From NCBI GenBank assembly GCA_030601305.1, contig JAUVTV010000002.1, forward strand, positions 1 through 44,656: a DNA stretch of 44,656 bases. The letters are read 5' to 3'. Position 1 is the stretch's first letter, and each line of letters begins with the position of its first letter. Position numbers and translations under genes: made by a program. The notes beneath the pieces were generated by a model. That model was not told the origin of the DNA and searched no databases. It saw only the letters and a program-made list of their open reading frames with translations. Positions 26,305 through 39,177 of the stretch are shown piece after piece. Source of the DNA: Candidatus Eiseniibacteriota bacterium (GTDB lineage: Bacteria; Eisenbacteria; RBG-16-71-46; CAIMUX01; WJJG01).

Positions 26305-26832
26305 CTAGTCGCCGACTTCCTCACTGTTGAGCAGGTCCACGATATCTTGGGTCAGGTCGTGTTCCGGATCCGCATACAGGATGTTGTTGTCGGCCGCATC
26401 CAGGATGAAGTCGTAGCCTTCTTCGGCGGCGATTTGTGCGAGGAGCGCCTGCACCTTGTTGATGATCGGGCGCAGCAGTTCCTCGTTGCGCTGTTCCACC
26501 AGGCCCTCCGGACCCCAGATGCTCTGCACGTACTGTTCGTATTCGTTCAGCCTGCGCTGGTATTCCATATCCTTTTCTTGGCGGCGCTCGTTGCTGAGCA
26601 TCAAGCTCTGACTCTCCAACTCGCGCTGCAGCTCCTCGATCTCCCTCTTCCGGCGTTGGGCTTCGTCGTTCCAGCCCTGCACATCGCGGTTGAACGTCTC
26701 GACCACGCTCTGAACCGCCCGGTACTGCTGGAGAATGATCTCACTGTTGACGAACCGGATGTTCAGCTCGGCGGCCGCATCCAGCGTCAACACGGCACCC
26801 AGACAAAAAAGTGTCAGGAAGAACTTCCGCAT
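26305..26832 (-). CDS. skp: Skp/OmpH periplasmic chaperone
   Basis: Signal peptide, IRFVN, long coiled coil, GYDFILD, ILYAD..DLT; lies between bamA and lpxD. Confidence 0.92.
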   Translation of the reverse strand: MRKFFLTLFCLGAVLTLDAAAELNIRFVNSEIILQQYRAVQSVVETFNRDVQGWNDEAQRRKREIEELQRELESQSLMLSNERRQEKDMEYQRRLNEYEQYVQSIWGPEGLVEQRNEELLRPIINKVQALLAQIAAEEGYDFILDAADNNILYADPEHDLTQDIVDLLNSEEVGD

Positions 26833-26923
26833 CAGAATCCTCCATCCCCACGGTGTTCTAGTCCGCAAGAGATCCTAGTCAATGCCCACGGAACGTTTCC
26901 ACCCCATTCTCCGGGGCTGGGTC

Positions 26924-29314
26924 CTAGAACGCCGGACCGAACGCGAAGTGGGTCCGCCAGCGCCTGGTCTCCGTGCCGTAGGCGTAGTAGAGACCGATGG
27001 GCCCGAGCATGGGCACCTCCATCGTGACCCCGGCCCCCACGCCCAACTTCAATCCATTCAAGGAGATGTCGTACCCGTTGGTCCACGTATCCGCCGCGTC
27101 GATGAAGAGCGTGCCCCACACCGGATCGACCACGGGGAACTGGAATTCGGAGGTGAATCCAAACATCACGTTGCCCCCGGGAAAGCGGTATATGCGCCCG
27201 TAGATATCGCGCGTGATGTTTTCCTCGGGGACGACAAAGTAGTCGTCGTAGCCGCGCAGCGCGTCGAACCCGGTCACACCGCCGAGACGGAAGAGCTCAC
27301 CCGAGGGCATCCGTCCGCTGCGCGAATAGGTGTCCATGGCTCCCAAGCGGTAGCGCAGCATGAGTACCGGTCGCCAGAACGGCTGAAAGTACTGACGATG
27401 GTCGATGGTGAAGCGATAATAGTCCATGTCGCCGCCCAAGAAGCCGCCGTTCAGCTCCACGCGCATCGTCGTCCGCGTGCCCAAGCTGGGGTGAAACGGG
27501 TTGTCCGTCGAGTTGCGGTGCAGCGAGACGTAGACACGCGACCGACTTCCCGCGCCGTCCAGGAGCTGGCCCTGTGACTCGAGCGGCAGCGAGGCATAGT
27601 CCCGATAGCGGGTCTCGCTGATCGAGTAGCCCGTGCTCATGCGCGTGTAGTCGGGGAAGCTCAGGATCCACGGGAACCCGAGACGCACGCCGATCCCCCG
27701 CGTGCTGTGCCAGTAGTGCGGGTCCGTGGTCGTGATCGTCCCCACCTCCGTGCCGCCGAACGGATCGGTCGAGTTGAACACCGTAGACGAGCTCACCTCC
27801 CGGTAGTTCTCCGTGTTGTACAGATCGATCCCCGCCGCGATCGGTCGGCCGAAGGCCCACGGCTCGGTGAACGACAAATCGTAGAACTCCCGCCGGCGAC
27901 CCCGCTCGATCTCGATCGCCACCGCCTGTCCATTGCCGAACAGGTTGTTGTGCCCGAACTTGACGAAGCCGGTGAGACCCATCTGGCTGGAGTACCCCAC
28001 GCCGCCATTGGCCTGGGCCGCGCTCTTCTCCTTCACCCGGAAGGTAACGTCCACCTCCCCGGGTCGCTCCGAAGGGTTGAACTCCACGGCGGCGTCCTCG
28101 AAGAAACCGGTCGCGAAGATGTCGCGCTGCGAGCGCAGCAGCCGACTGCGGCGCAGGACATCCCCCGGAAAGAGCTTCAGCTCCCGGCGAATCACGTGTT
28201 CCTTGGTGCGCGTGTTGCCCGTGATATAGATGTCACCCACGCGCGAGGGATTCCCCTCGGTGACGTGAAAGGTCACCTCGACGCTGTCGCCCTTCACCAC
28301 GCTCACCGGCTCGATGCGCAGTTCGACGAGATAGCCGCGCTCCGTGTACATGTTGTAGAGCTCGGCGAGCGAATCGTCCACCTTGCTCTGGTCGTAAGGC
28401 ACCCCCGGCTGGAACTGGAGCACCGCCCGGATGGCCTGCTCGTCGAAGACGCTCACCGCCTGCCAGTCGGGCCGCCCGAAGTAGTAGCGCGGCCCCTCCT
28501 CGACGTCGAAGAAGACGTCGACGTACTCGCCGTCGGGCGAGAAGACCGGCTCCCCGAGAGAGGCGCGCGCATCGCGAAATCCGTGATTGTGATAGTGCTC
28601 CTCGAGGCGCAGGACATCCTCTTCCAGCTTCTCGCGCTGGAAACGGCCTTTGCGCAGGAAGCCCTGCGGCTTGACCTTCACCTTGCCGCGCAGATCATCG
28701 TCGGTGAAGAACTCGTTGCCGGTGAAGTTCACGGCGCGCAGCTTGACGCGATGGCCCTCCTCGATCTCGAGCTTCGCGATCACCCCGTCGCCGGCGGGAT
28801 CGTCGCCGGCCAGCGGAGTGACCTGGGCCTGGGCATACCCATCGTCGCGATAGGCCCGCTCGAGCGCGCGGCGCGCCCGCGACAGATCGCTGCGCCCCAG
28901 CACGGAACCCACCTTGAGGCCGGCGAACTCCTTGAGATCCTCGCCGCTGAAGTGCTCGTGCCCCACGAAGGTGACGCCCGTGATGCGGGAGCGTTCCGCG
29001 AAGGTGAAGCGCAGGATTTTCTCACCCTTCGGTCCCGGAACGACCCACACCTCGACCTGGTCGAAGAGACCGAGGGCATACAGACTGCGCACCGAGCGAG
29101 TGATGCGGTAGAGGTGGGCCGGTTCCCCGATGCGCACCTGGATCGACTCCAGAATCAGCTCCGCGTCGACCGTGGTGAGTCCTACAAAGGCCACCGAATC
29201 GACGACGGCCGGTTCCTGCGCACGGGGTGCGGCTGCCGCGCCGGCGAGAAGCAGGCAGGCGAATAGGCAGGCTTGCCAGCGGCATCCTGCCGGGGCTGCA
29301 GACCAGTGGGACAT
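26924..29314 (-). CDS. bamA: outer membrane protein assembly factor BamA
   Basis: Signal peptide, POTRA repeats, GNTRTKEHVIRREL, NLFGNGQ, SFTEPW, LRGY, C-terminal Phe. Confidence 0.96.
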   Translation of the reverse strand: MSHWSAAPAGCRWQACLFACLLLAGAAAAPRAQEPAVVDSVAFVGLTTVDAELILESIQVRIGEPAHLYRITRSVRSLYALGLFDQVEVWVVPGPKGEKILRFTFAERSRITGVTFVGHEHFSGEDLKEFAGLKVGSVLGRSDLSRARRALERAYRDDGYAQAQVTPLAGDDPAGDGVIAKLEIEEGHRVKLRAVNFTGNEFFTDDDLRGKVKVKPQGFLRKGRFQREKLEEDVLRLEEHYHNHGFRDARASLGEPVFSPDGEYVDVFFDVEEGPRYYFGRPDWQAVSVFDEQAIRAVLQFQPGVPYDQSKVDDSLAELYNMYTERGYLVELRIEPVSVVKGDSVEVTFHVTEGNPSRVGDIYITGNTRTKEHVIRRELKLFPGDVLRRSRLLRSQRDIFATGFFEDAAVEFNPSERPGEVDVTFRVKEKSAAQANGGVGYSSQMGLTGFVKFGHNNLFGNGQAVAIEIERGRRREFYDLSFTEPWAFGRPIAAGIDLYNTENYREVSSSTVFNSTDPFGGTEVGTITTTDPHYWHSTRGIGVRLGFPWILSFPDYTRMSTGYSISETRYRDYASLPLESQGQLLDGAGSRSRVYVSLHRNSTDNPFHPSLGTRTTMRVELNGGFLGGDMDYYRFTIDHRQYFQPFWRPVLMLRYRLGAMDTYSRSGRMPSGELFRLGGVTGFDALRGYDDYFVVPEENITRDIYGRIYRFPGGNVMFGFTSEFQFPVVDPVWGTLFIDAADTWTNGYDISLNGLKLGVGAGVTMEVPMLGPIGLYYAYGTETRRWRTHFAFGPAF

Positions 29315-29357
29315 CCTGCCCTCTGATTGGCCGGACTCCGCCGGGTGGAACGCGACG

Positions 29358-31898
<2,541 letters not shown>

Positions 31899-31931
31899 TT
31901 CGCGGATCGCTCCTCTTCAGCCGCGGCGCCG

Positions 31932-32999
31932 CTAGGCCGCGGCGTGATGGCTCAGTCTTTCCCGAATGAGCTCTGCCCGCGCCGCGTTGCGTTCCTCCGA
32001 GCTCATCTCGTGCTCGGCCATGAGCTGCAGGTGCGCCGGTTGGCTACAGAGCAGAATCTCGTTGATCATCTCGACCGGAGGCAGACCCGGCATCTCGAGC
32101 GTGAGCCCTAAGCGGATGGCCGATGCCAGCCCGATGGCCTCCTCGGTGGAGAGCAGGTACGCGTGCGAGAAGACCCCCAGGGCGCGCATCACCTTGTCCC
32201 GGATCTGCCGCCCCGCGTCCTTGAGCAGCATGTCCCGCGCCTTGCTCTCGTAGTCCAGAAGCTGGCGCACCACGCGCTCGAGGTTCAGCAGCGCCTGCGA
32301 TTCTTTCTCCCCCAATGTAATCTGGTTCGAAATCTGGAAGAAGTTCCCCAAAACGTCGGTGCCCTCGCCGTAGAAGCCGCGGACCGCAAGCCCCACCTGC
32401 GAGACACCGGCGAGCACTTTCTTGATCTTGCGCGTCAGGACGAGGGCCGGCAAGTGAACCAGCACCGAGGCCCGCAGCCCCGTACCGACATTCGTGGGAC
32501 ACGCCGTCAGGTAACCGAAGTCATCCGAAAAGGCGTACTCGAGCGAGGACTCGAGCTGCTCGTCCAGTCGGCTGGCCGCTGCGAAGCACTCGTCGAGGTG
32601 AAAACCCGAGCGGAGTGACTGGATGCGCAGGTGATCCTCCTCGTTGATCATCACGCTCACGCTCTCGTCCGCCGCGAAGATCAGGCCGCAGTGCCCGGCG
32701 TTGCTGGCCAGGTCGTAGCTGATCAGGTGACGCTCGAGGAGGAATTGCCGCTGGAGCACCGGAAGGCCGGCCATCTGAACCAGCGGGCGACCCTCCAACT
32801 CGGGGATCGCGACGGCCGCGTTCTCCACCCGGTGGATCACGCCGCTCAGCTCCTCCTCCAGCGCCCGGCCGGGGAAGCGCATTCCTTTGAGATTGCGGGC
32901 CAAGCGGACGCGGGTACTCAGAATCGAATCGGCCGCGTCGCCGAGCCGGCCAAACCACTTGCCCTCCGTGGACAACATCTCGGAGATCGGCAGACCCAT
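31932..32999 (-). CDS. mcsB: protein arginine kinase
   Basis: STRVRLARN, LLERHLIS, NEEDHLRIQ, YLTACPTNVGTGLRAS, VRGFYGEG, QISNQITLG. Confidence 0.96.
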   Translation of the reverse strand: MGLPISEMLSTEGKWFGRLGDAADSILSTRVRLARNLKGMRFPGRALEEELSGVIHRVENAAVAIPELEGRPLVQMAGLPVLQRQFLLERHLISYDLASNAGHCGLIFAADESVSVMINEEDHLRIQSLRSGFHLDECFAAASRLDEQLESSLEYAFSDDFGYLTACPTNVGTGLRASVLVHLPALVLTRKIKKVLAGVSQVGLAVRGFYGEGTDVLGNFFQISNQITLGEKESQALLNLERVVRQLLDYESKARDMLLKDAGRQIRDKVMRALGVFSHAYLLSTEEAIGLASAIRLGLTLEMPGLPPVEMINEILLCSQPAHLQLMAEHEMSSEERNAARAELIRERLSHHAAA

Positions 33000-33006
33000 G
33001 ATGCTC

Positions 33007-33564
33007 CTACTCCTGCGGGGCCTCGGGGGTGCGGGCGGCTTCGTCCACCGGCTCCCCCTCCGGCGAGGCGCTCGCCTCCACGGCGCGGATGCGGTCGCGC
33101 AACCGGGCCGCCTTTTCGTATTCCTCGCGTTCGATGGCTCGCTCCAACTCCTCGTGGAGCCGTTGGATCTCGCGGCGCCGCTCGAACTGAACCCCCTCCT
33201 GCCCGGGCGCCTTGCCGACGTGGCGAACCGCGCCGTGCACCCGCCGGAGGATCTGCTTGAGTTGTGCTGAGAACTCTCTATAGCAGCTTGGACACCCGAG
33301 CCGCCCGGTCTTCATGAACTCGCTGTACTTGAGCCCGCAGTCGGCGCACCGCACGGTGCCCATGCGGGCTGTGCCTTCCGGATAGAGGTTCTCGGCCATC
33401 CACACCAACTGGCTGGCGATCGAGAGCTTCCCCTTCTCCACCAGAGAGTGGTAGCCCTTCTCGCGGGCGCATTTCTCGCACAGGTGAAGCTCACTGACCT
33501 TGTCGTTCTTGACCTCCTTGACGTGGATGGTCGCCTCAGCGACGTTGCAGTGTTGGCACTTCAT
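33007..33564 (-). CDS. mcsA: McsA activator (four CxxC motifs + UVR domain)
   Basis: CQHC, CEKC, CADC, GRLGCPSCY, HVGK.P, EEYEKAARLRD. Confidence 0.95.
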   Translation of the reverse strand: MKCQHCNVAEATIHVKEVKNDKVSELHLCEKCAREKGYHSLVEKGKLSIASQLVWMAENLYPEGTARMGTVRCADCGLKYSEFMKTGRLGCPSCYREFSAQLKQILRRVHGAVRHVGKAPGQEGVQFERRREIQRLHEELERAIEREEYEKAARLRDRIRAVEASASPEGEPVDEAARTPEAPQE

Positions 33565-33596
33565 GGCTCCACTCCTGCGCTGCGAGGGCCTCTCGT

Positions 33597-34337
33597 TCAG
33601 GACCGCGCGATCGGACTCAGCACACCGTCGAGCAGTTCCCACCTAATATCGGCAAGTTGGGCCAGGTATTCATTGTGCGTCGCAACGACCCAGCTCTGCT
33701 GTCCCTCCCGGGCCAGCGAATATAGCAACTCGTACAGGGCCTCACCAGTTGCGCGGTCAAGGTTCCCGGTGGGTTCGTCCGCCAGGACCAGGCTGGGCCC
33801 ATTGGCCAAGGCCCGCACCAGCGCCACGCGCTGCTGCTCGCCACCCGAGAGCTGCGCCGGGTGGTGGTGGGCCCGATCGGCCAGCCCGACCATGTCCAGC
33901 AGCTCTGCGGCCCTCCGTTTCGCCTTGCCGGGCGGGATCCCCGCGATGAGCAGCGGGATCTGCACGTTCTCCAGGGCGTTGAACTCCGCCAGCAAGTGGT
34001 GATGCTGGAACACAAAGCCGACAAACCGGCTACGCAGTTCGGCACGCCGCTCGTCGGAGGCCGTCGTGACATCGATGTCCCGGTAGCGAATCACCCCCTC
34101 GTCGGGCCGGTCCAACGCCCCCAAGATGTGCAGGAGCGTGCTCTTGCCCGATCCCGAGGCCCCCACCACGGCGACGACTTCCCCCGGCCGGACCTCGAGG
34201 TCCAGACCGCGGAGGACGTGCAGGCGCCCCCCCCCGGAAGAATAGCTCTTGTAGAGCCGGGCGGCCGTGAGCGTCGCACCGTCTCCCCGGGGCGGAGCAC
34301 ACCCACCTCCCTCTCCTTCATACCCCCTCGGTTCCAT
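33597..34337 (-). CDS. lolD: lipoprotein-releasing ABC ATPase
   Basis: GASGSGKSTLL, VGFVFQHHHLL, LSGGEQQR, LADEPTGNLD, ATHN; downstream of the lolC/E-type permease. Start provisional. Confidence 0.92.
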   Translation of the reverse strand: MEPRGYEGEGGGCAPPRGDGATLTAARLYKSYSSGGGRLHVLRGLDLEVRPGEVVAVVGASGSGKSTLLHILGALDRPDEGVIRYRDIDVTTASDERRAELRSRFVGFVFQHHHLLAEFNALENVQIPLLIAGIPPGKAKRRAAELLDMVGLADRAHHHPAQLSGGEQQRVALVRALANGPSLVLADEPTGNLDRATGEALYELLYSLAREGQQSWVVATHNEYLAQLADIRWELLDGVLSPIARS

Positions 34338-34354
34338 TCGTGCACCCTTTCCGT

Positions 34355-35647
34355 CTATTTCGAACGGATCGCCTCGATGGGATCCAGACGGGAAGCCTTC
34401 CATGCAGGGTATAGCGTTGACAGGGTGGCAATTACAAGGACAGATCCAACGATGACGCCCACATCGGTCCACTCGACCCTGACCGGCAGGGTGTCGATGA
34501 AATAGACGTCCTCCGGGAGGCGGATAAACCGGTAGCGCTCCAGGAGGTGGCAAAGCAGGAGCCCCACGCCCGTGCCGAGCAGGGTGCCGCTCAGCGCCAT
34601 CACCCACCCCTCCAGCACGAAAATGCGCAGGATCCCGCCCGAGGTCACCCCCATGGCCTTCAGGATCCCGATCTCCGAACGCTTCTCCATCACCAGCATG
34701 ATCAGCGAGGTCGCGATGCTGAAACCGGCCACCAGAACGATCATCGTCAGGATCACGAACATGGCCTGCTTCTCCATACGCATCCAGATGAAGAGGTTCT
34801 CGTTGAGATCGATCCAGTTGTTCGCCCGAAAGGGAAACCCTCCCAGCATGGCCACGATCTCGCGCCCCACGCGGGGCGCCTGGTCGAGATCCGCCACCCG
34901 GATCTCCAGCCCGGTGACGCGATCCTCCAGGCCGAAGAACGACTGCCCGTCGGCGAGGTGGATGAAGGCGAGCGACGCGTCGAACTCGTACATCCCCGAG
35001 TCGAAGATTCCCACCAGGCGAAAGCGGCGCATGCGCGGGACGAAGCCCAGCGGCGTGCGGCGCGACTCGGCGGGGCTCACCAGCAGCAGTTCGTCGCCCG
35101 GAACGAGACCCAGGTTGTCGGCGATGTGCTTGCCGAGAACGATGCCCGGCGCCTCCTCGCCCCGGCGCGCGAGGCCGGTCTCACCCTCGGCGAACTGGAT
35201 GTAGTCGGCCACGGCGGTGACGGCCCGCTCATCCGCCATGCGGATGCCCTTGATGATGGCACCCTCGGCGGCGTTTCCCGCAGACAGCATCGCCTTGCCA
35301 TAGACGAAAGGCGCGGTCGCCTCGACCTCCGGATGCTCGGCCACGCGTCTCTGCAGGCTGTCAGCGTGCGCGATGCCGCTGGCGCCGAAGCGCAGCAGGA
35401 TGACGTGCGCGTTGGTGCCGATGATGCGTTCCTTGACCTCCTTGTCGAACCCGCTCATGACCGCGAGAACCACGAGAAGCGCGCAGGTCCCCAGCGCCAT
35501 CCCGCCGGCGGCGGAAAAGGTCGACGCCGAGTGCAGCGCCGTCTCGCGCCGTCCCAGGAGAAACCGCAGGCCCACGAAACGGATCAGGTACCCCATGCCG
35601 CGGCGCGCTGTCGATGACGTGGCGTGCTCGCGCTTCAGCTCGTCCAT
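34355..35647 (-). CDS. lipoprotein-releasing ABC permease LolC/E family
   Basis: VLAVMSGF, GIFDSGMYEFD, EIGILKAMG, DVYFIDTLP, LYPAWKASRLDP. Single permease gene. Start at 35647 or 35596. Confidence 0.92.
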   Translation of the reverse strand: MDELKREHATSSTARRGMGYLIRFVGLRFLLGRRETALHSASTFSAAGGMALGTCALLVVLAVMSGFDKEVKERIIGTNAHVILLRFGASGIAHADSLQRRVAEHPEVEATAPFVYGKAMLSAGNAAEGAIIKGIRMADERAVTAVADYIQFAEGETGLARRGEEAPGIVLGKHIADNLGLVPGDELLLVSPAESRRTPLGFVPRMRRFRLVGIFDSGMYEFDASLAFIHLADGQSFFGLEDRVTGLEIRVADLDQAPRVGREIVAMLGGFPFRANNWIDLNENLFIWMRMEKQAMFVILTMIVLVAGFSIATSLIMLVMEKRSEIGILKAMGVTSGGILRIFVLEGWVMALSGTLLGTGVGLLLCHLLERYRFIRLPEDVYFIDTLPVRVEWTDVGVIVGSVLVIATLSTLYPAWKASRLDPIEAIRSK

Positions 35648-35654
35648 CCGTCCC

Positions 35655-36974
35655 TCATGCGCGCATCTCTCGCGCCCAGTCGGTCGCGAGGACCCGGGCG
35701 AAGACGGGCCCGAGATGGGTGAAGAAACTCTGGAGGTCGAAGATGTCATCCAGGCGCCCCGCCTCCCGGAGAGCTGCCGCGCGCTCGTCGGCGGCCAGCA
35801 CTCCACGCAGCCCGCGCCTCGTGCGCCACGCTGCCTGGGCCGCGCTCTGGACGATCTCGTAGGCCTCCTCGCGGGATCCGAGCAGCTCGGTGAGCGCCAG
35901 CAGCGCCCGTTGCGAGTAGAACAGCTCGCCGGACGACCCGAGATTGGCCGCCATCCGCTCGGCGTCCACCTCCAAACCGCCGACCACGCGCTCGGTGAGG
36001 TGCAGGGCATAGTCGAGTCCGATGAACGCGTCAGGCAGGATGACGCGCTCGACGCTCGAGTGGCTGATGTCGCGTTCGTGCCACAGGGCGATGTTCTCGT
36101 ATGCCGGTATGAGGTGACTGCGCAGCAGGCGCGCGAGTCCGCAGATGCGCTCGCAGAGGATCGGATTGCGCTTGTGCGGCATGGCCGAGGAGCCCTTCTG
36201 CCCGCGGGCGAACGGCTCGTAGACCTCCGCGACCTCCGTACGCTGGAGATGGCGCACCTCGCTGGCGATCTTCTCCAGCGTCGCACCGGCGAGCGCGAGA
36301 ACGCCCAGCAGGTGCGCATGGCGATCGCGCTGCACGATCTGATTCGATACCGGCGCGGCCGCGAGTCCGAGGATCTCGCACGTGCGCGCCTCGACCGCCG
36401 GCGTCACGTGCGCGAAGGTGCCCACCGCGCCGGAGATCTTCCCGACGCGGACCTCCTCGCGTGCCCTCTGGAGTCGCACGTGCTGCCGCTCCATCTCGGC
36501 GAACCAGAGCAGGGTTTTCAGGCCGAAGGTGATCGGTTCGGCATGCACGCCGTGGGTGCGGCCGATCATCGGCGTCTCGCGATGCTGCTCGGAGAGTTGC
36601 CTGAGGAGCTTTCCCACGGTCGCGAGGCGCCCGTCGATGAGATCGCACGCCCGCACCAGCTGCAGCGCGAGCGCGGTGTCCAGGAGATCGGACGAGGTCA
36701 TCCCGCGGTGCAACCAGGTCTTCTCCGCACCCAAGTGCTCGCCGACGACGGTGAGAAACGCGATCACGTCGTGATGCACGGTCGCCTCGATCTCGTGGAT
36801 GCGCGCGATATCGAAGCGCGCGTGATCCCGCAGAGCAGCGGCGGTGCCGTGCGGGGCGCTTCCGAGGTCCTCCATCGCCTGCACTGCAGCGATCTCGACC
36901 TCGAGCCAGGTCCGGAAGCGGGTGGCATCGCTCCACAGGCTCCCCATCTCCGGCAGCGTGTAGCGTGCGATCAT
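35655..36974 (-). CDS. purB: adenylosuccinate lyase
   Basis: MIARY, HDVIAF, GRTHGVHAEP, GSSAMPHKRNP, LWHERDISHSSVER. Confidence 0.97.
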   Translation of the reverse strand: MIARYTLPEMGSLWSDATRFRTWLEVEIAAVQAMEDLGSAPHGTAAALRDHARFDIARIHEIEATVHHDVIAFLTVVGEHLGAEKTWLHRGMTSSDLLDTALALQLVRACDLIDGRLATVGKLLRQLSEQHRETPMIGRTHGVHAEPITFGLKTLLWFAEMERQHVRLQRAREEVRVGKISGAVGTFAHVTPAVEARTCEILGLAAAPVSNQIVQRDRHAHLLGVLALAGATLEKIASEVRHLQRTEVAEVYEPFARGQKGSSAMPHKRNPILCERICGLARLLRSHLIPAYENIALWHERDISHSSVERVILPDAFIGLDYALHLTERVVGGLEVDAERMAANLGSSGELFYSQRALLALTELLGSREEAYEIVQSAAQAAWRTRRGLRGVLAADERAAALREAGRLDDIFDLQSFFTHLGPVFARVLATDWAREMRA

Positions 36975-37040
36975 GCGGTTTCTCTTCCTTCCATCGTACC
37001 GTGGGGGGAACGGTGCGCGTCCCGCGGCCGGATCGACAGC

Positions 37041-38366
37041 CTAGTCCTGGGGCATCTCCTGCAGGAGGATCTCCGTCTCCCACAGTTCCCCATCCCGCTC
37101 AAGGATGAGCGTGATCGAATCGCCGATCGTGGCCCCGAAGATCAGATGCTGAGCCTCACTGGCCTGCGAAACGAGTTGCCCATTGACCTGGCGTATGATG
37201 TCACCCACCTGAATCCCGGCCTCGGTCGCCGGGCTGCTTTCGTCGATCCCCCACACTAGGAGCCCGTGCCGATCGCGGATGCGGAAGTAGTTGGCCACCG
37301 CCTGAGTGATTTCCTGCACGCGAATCCCGATCCACACCTGGCGCACGCGCCCGTGCTCGAGGATCTCGCGCACGACACGGATGACCGTGTCGATCGGAAT
37401 CGCGAAACCGATCCCCAGATTGCCGCCGTCGGTCGTGAAGATGAACGTGTTGATGCCGATGACCTCTCCCAGCGAGTTGACCAGCGGCCCGCCGCTGTTC
37501 CCCGGGTTGATGGAGGCATCGGTTTGGATCATGTCCTTGTAGATGGCCTCGGTCTCGCCGCCCGACTTGATGTCGCGGTTCGTGGCACTGATCACCCCCG
37601 CGGTCACCGTGGGTTGGAAATCGTTCAGCAGGAACCCGAACGGATTCCCCAACGCAATGGCCCACTCCCCGACCATGAGTTCCCGACCCTCACTGATCGG
37701 CGCCACCTGCAGATCTTCGCCCTCGATCTTCAGCACACCCAGATCGTAGGCGCTGTCGGCCCCCAGGAGGGTCGCATCGAACGTGCGGCCGTCGGGCAGG
37801 GTGACCTTGATCTCCTTCGCATCGCGCACGACGTGCTCGTTGGTCACCACGATGCCGCGCGAATCGATGATCAGCCCGGAGCCCAGGTTGGAGACCTCCT
37901 GACCGTAGATGCGTCCCGGGAAGAAGTTGCTGAAGAAGCGGTCGAAGGGATCCCGGCCGCGGGCGAAGGGATTCGAGCGCACCAGGCGAATCTGGGTGAC
38001 ACTGACGGAGACGACCGCCGGACCGACGCGCTCCGCGGCGCGTACCAGCGCCGAGCGCCGGGCGGGCTCCGGATCGGATGCGGCCGGCGATCCCGAGCCT
38101 GCGGGCGTCGGCAGCGCAACATCCGGGAGTCCGGCTCCGGTGGAGCCAGTGTCGGCGGCGGGTCCCGTCAACGGCTCGCCCTGGTCAGAGGGGAGCTCCG
38201 CGATCGGTCGTCCGCCGCCGCCCGCGGGTGACTCCGGGGATCCCCCCCGCCAGAGCCGGTGGACGGCGATGCCGCCCAAGACGACCCCGACCACGAAGAC
38301 CGACAGGACCAGGGCCGCCCGGACCCCCCCCGAAGATCGCCTTGTCTGCTCAAGGTCCTGCTGCAC
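37041..38366 (-). CDS. HtrA/DegP-family serine protease with N-terminal TM anchor and one PDZ domain
   Basis: GSGLII, VTNEHVV, YDLG, IQTDASINPGNSGGPL, one PDZ (SPATEAGIQVGD). Confidence 0.93.
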   Translation of the reverse strand: MQQDLEQTRRSSGGVRAALVLSVFVVGVVLGGIAVHRLWRGGSPESPAGGGGRPIAELPSDQGEPLTGPAADTGSTGAGLPDVALPTPAGSGSPAASDPEPARRSALVRAAERVGPAVVSVSVTQIRLVRSNPFARGRDPFDRFFSNFFPGRIYGQEVSNLGSGLIIDSRGIVVTNEHVVRDAKEIKVTLPDGRTFDATLLGADSAYDLGVLKIEGEDLQVAPISEGRELMVGEWAIALGNPFGFLLNDFQPTVTAGVISATNRDIKSGGETEAIYKDMIQTDASINPGNSGGPLVNSLGEVIGINTFIFTTDGGNLGIGFAIPIDTVIRVVREILEHGRVRQVWIGIRVQEITQAVANYFRIRDRHGLLVWGIDESSPATEAGIQVGDIIRQVNGQLVSQASEAQHLIFGATIGDSITLILERDGELWETEILLQEMPQD

Positions 38367-38409
38367 GCGTCGCCTCCCCCTGGTAGCGGCCAGAAGTTGT
38401 GTCGCGGAC

Positions 38410-39057
38410 TCACTCCTTGCGGACGGCCTTCCAGTCGTCCAGGAAACGCTGGATGCCGACGTCGGTCAGCGGATGACAGAACATCAATGCGAGCACGCCC
38501 GTGGGCACCGTAGCCACATCGGCGCCCATGAGCGCCGCCTGGACGACGTGCTGCGGGTGGCGCACGCTCGCCACCAGGACCTCCGTCGTGAAATCGTAGT
38601 TGGCGTAGACCTCGAGGATCTCCTCGACGACGTCCATGCCGTCGTGCCCGGCGTCGTCCAGGCGACCGACGAAGGGACTGACGAACCGCGCCCCCGCCTT
38701 GGCCGCCAGGAGGGCCTGGTTGGCGCTGAAGACGAGCGTGACGTTGGTGTCGATCTCCGCAGACTTCAGTACGGAGACGGCGCGCATCCCGTCCGGAGTC
38801 ATCGGAATCTTCACGATCACGTTGGGCGCGATCGCCGACAGCTCGCGGCCCTCGCGGACCATCCCCTCCCAGTCCTCGGCGAGCACTTCGGCGCTGATCG
38901 GCCCGGGAACCATCTTGCAGATATCCGCGATCACCTCGTGATAGGGCGCATCGGCGGCCTTGAGCAGGGTGGGATTCGTCGTCACCCCGTCCACGATTCC
39001 CAGCGCTGCCATGCGCCGAATCTCGTCCCGAATCGCCGTGTCGAGAAAGATCTTCAT
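38410..39057 (-). CDS. tal: transaldolase (small TalC/FSA type)
   Basis: FLDTA, GVTTNP, SAEV (Glu), VKIP (Schiff-base Lys), SPFVGR. Phe rather than Tyr favours transaldolase over FSA. Confidence 0.92.
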   Translation of the reverse strand: MKIFLDTAIRDEIRRMAALGIVDGVTTNPTLLKAADAPYHEVIADICKMVPGPISAEVLAEDWEGMVREGRELSAIAPNVIVKIPMTPDGMRAVSVLKSAEIDTNVTLVFSANQALLAAKAGARFVSPFVGRLDDAGHDGMDVVEEILEVYANYDFTTEVLVASVRHPQHVVQAALMGADVATVPTGVLALMFCHPLTDVGIQRFLDDWKAVRKE

Positions 39058-39148
39058 GTCGCCTCCCGCGTTTCGCCTCCGGCCGCGTAACTGTAAGCGC
39101 CGCAGTCAAGTCGTGGTCGCCGACGGCCTCCCCCGTCCGCGATCCGGG

Positions 39149-39177
39149 ACTATACCACACGCCTCGGAGGCAGGCAA
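39149..39177 (-). promoter_or_regulatory. sigma70 promoter upstream of tal, inside the truA 3' end
   Basis: TTGCCT-17 nt-TATAGT with extended TG; the -10 contains the truA TAG stop. Confidence 0.65.

Noticed and set aside
33565-33780. CtsR or CIRCE operator upstream of mcsA
   Set aside because: Only one GGTCAA half-site (33755-33760); no heptad direct repeat and no TTAGCACTC inverted repeat.
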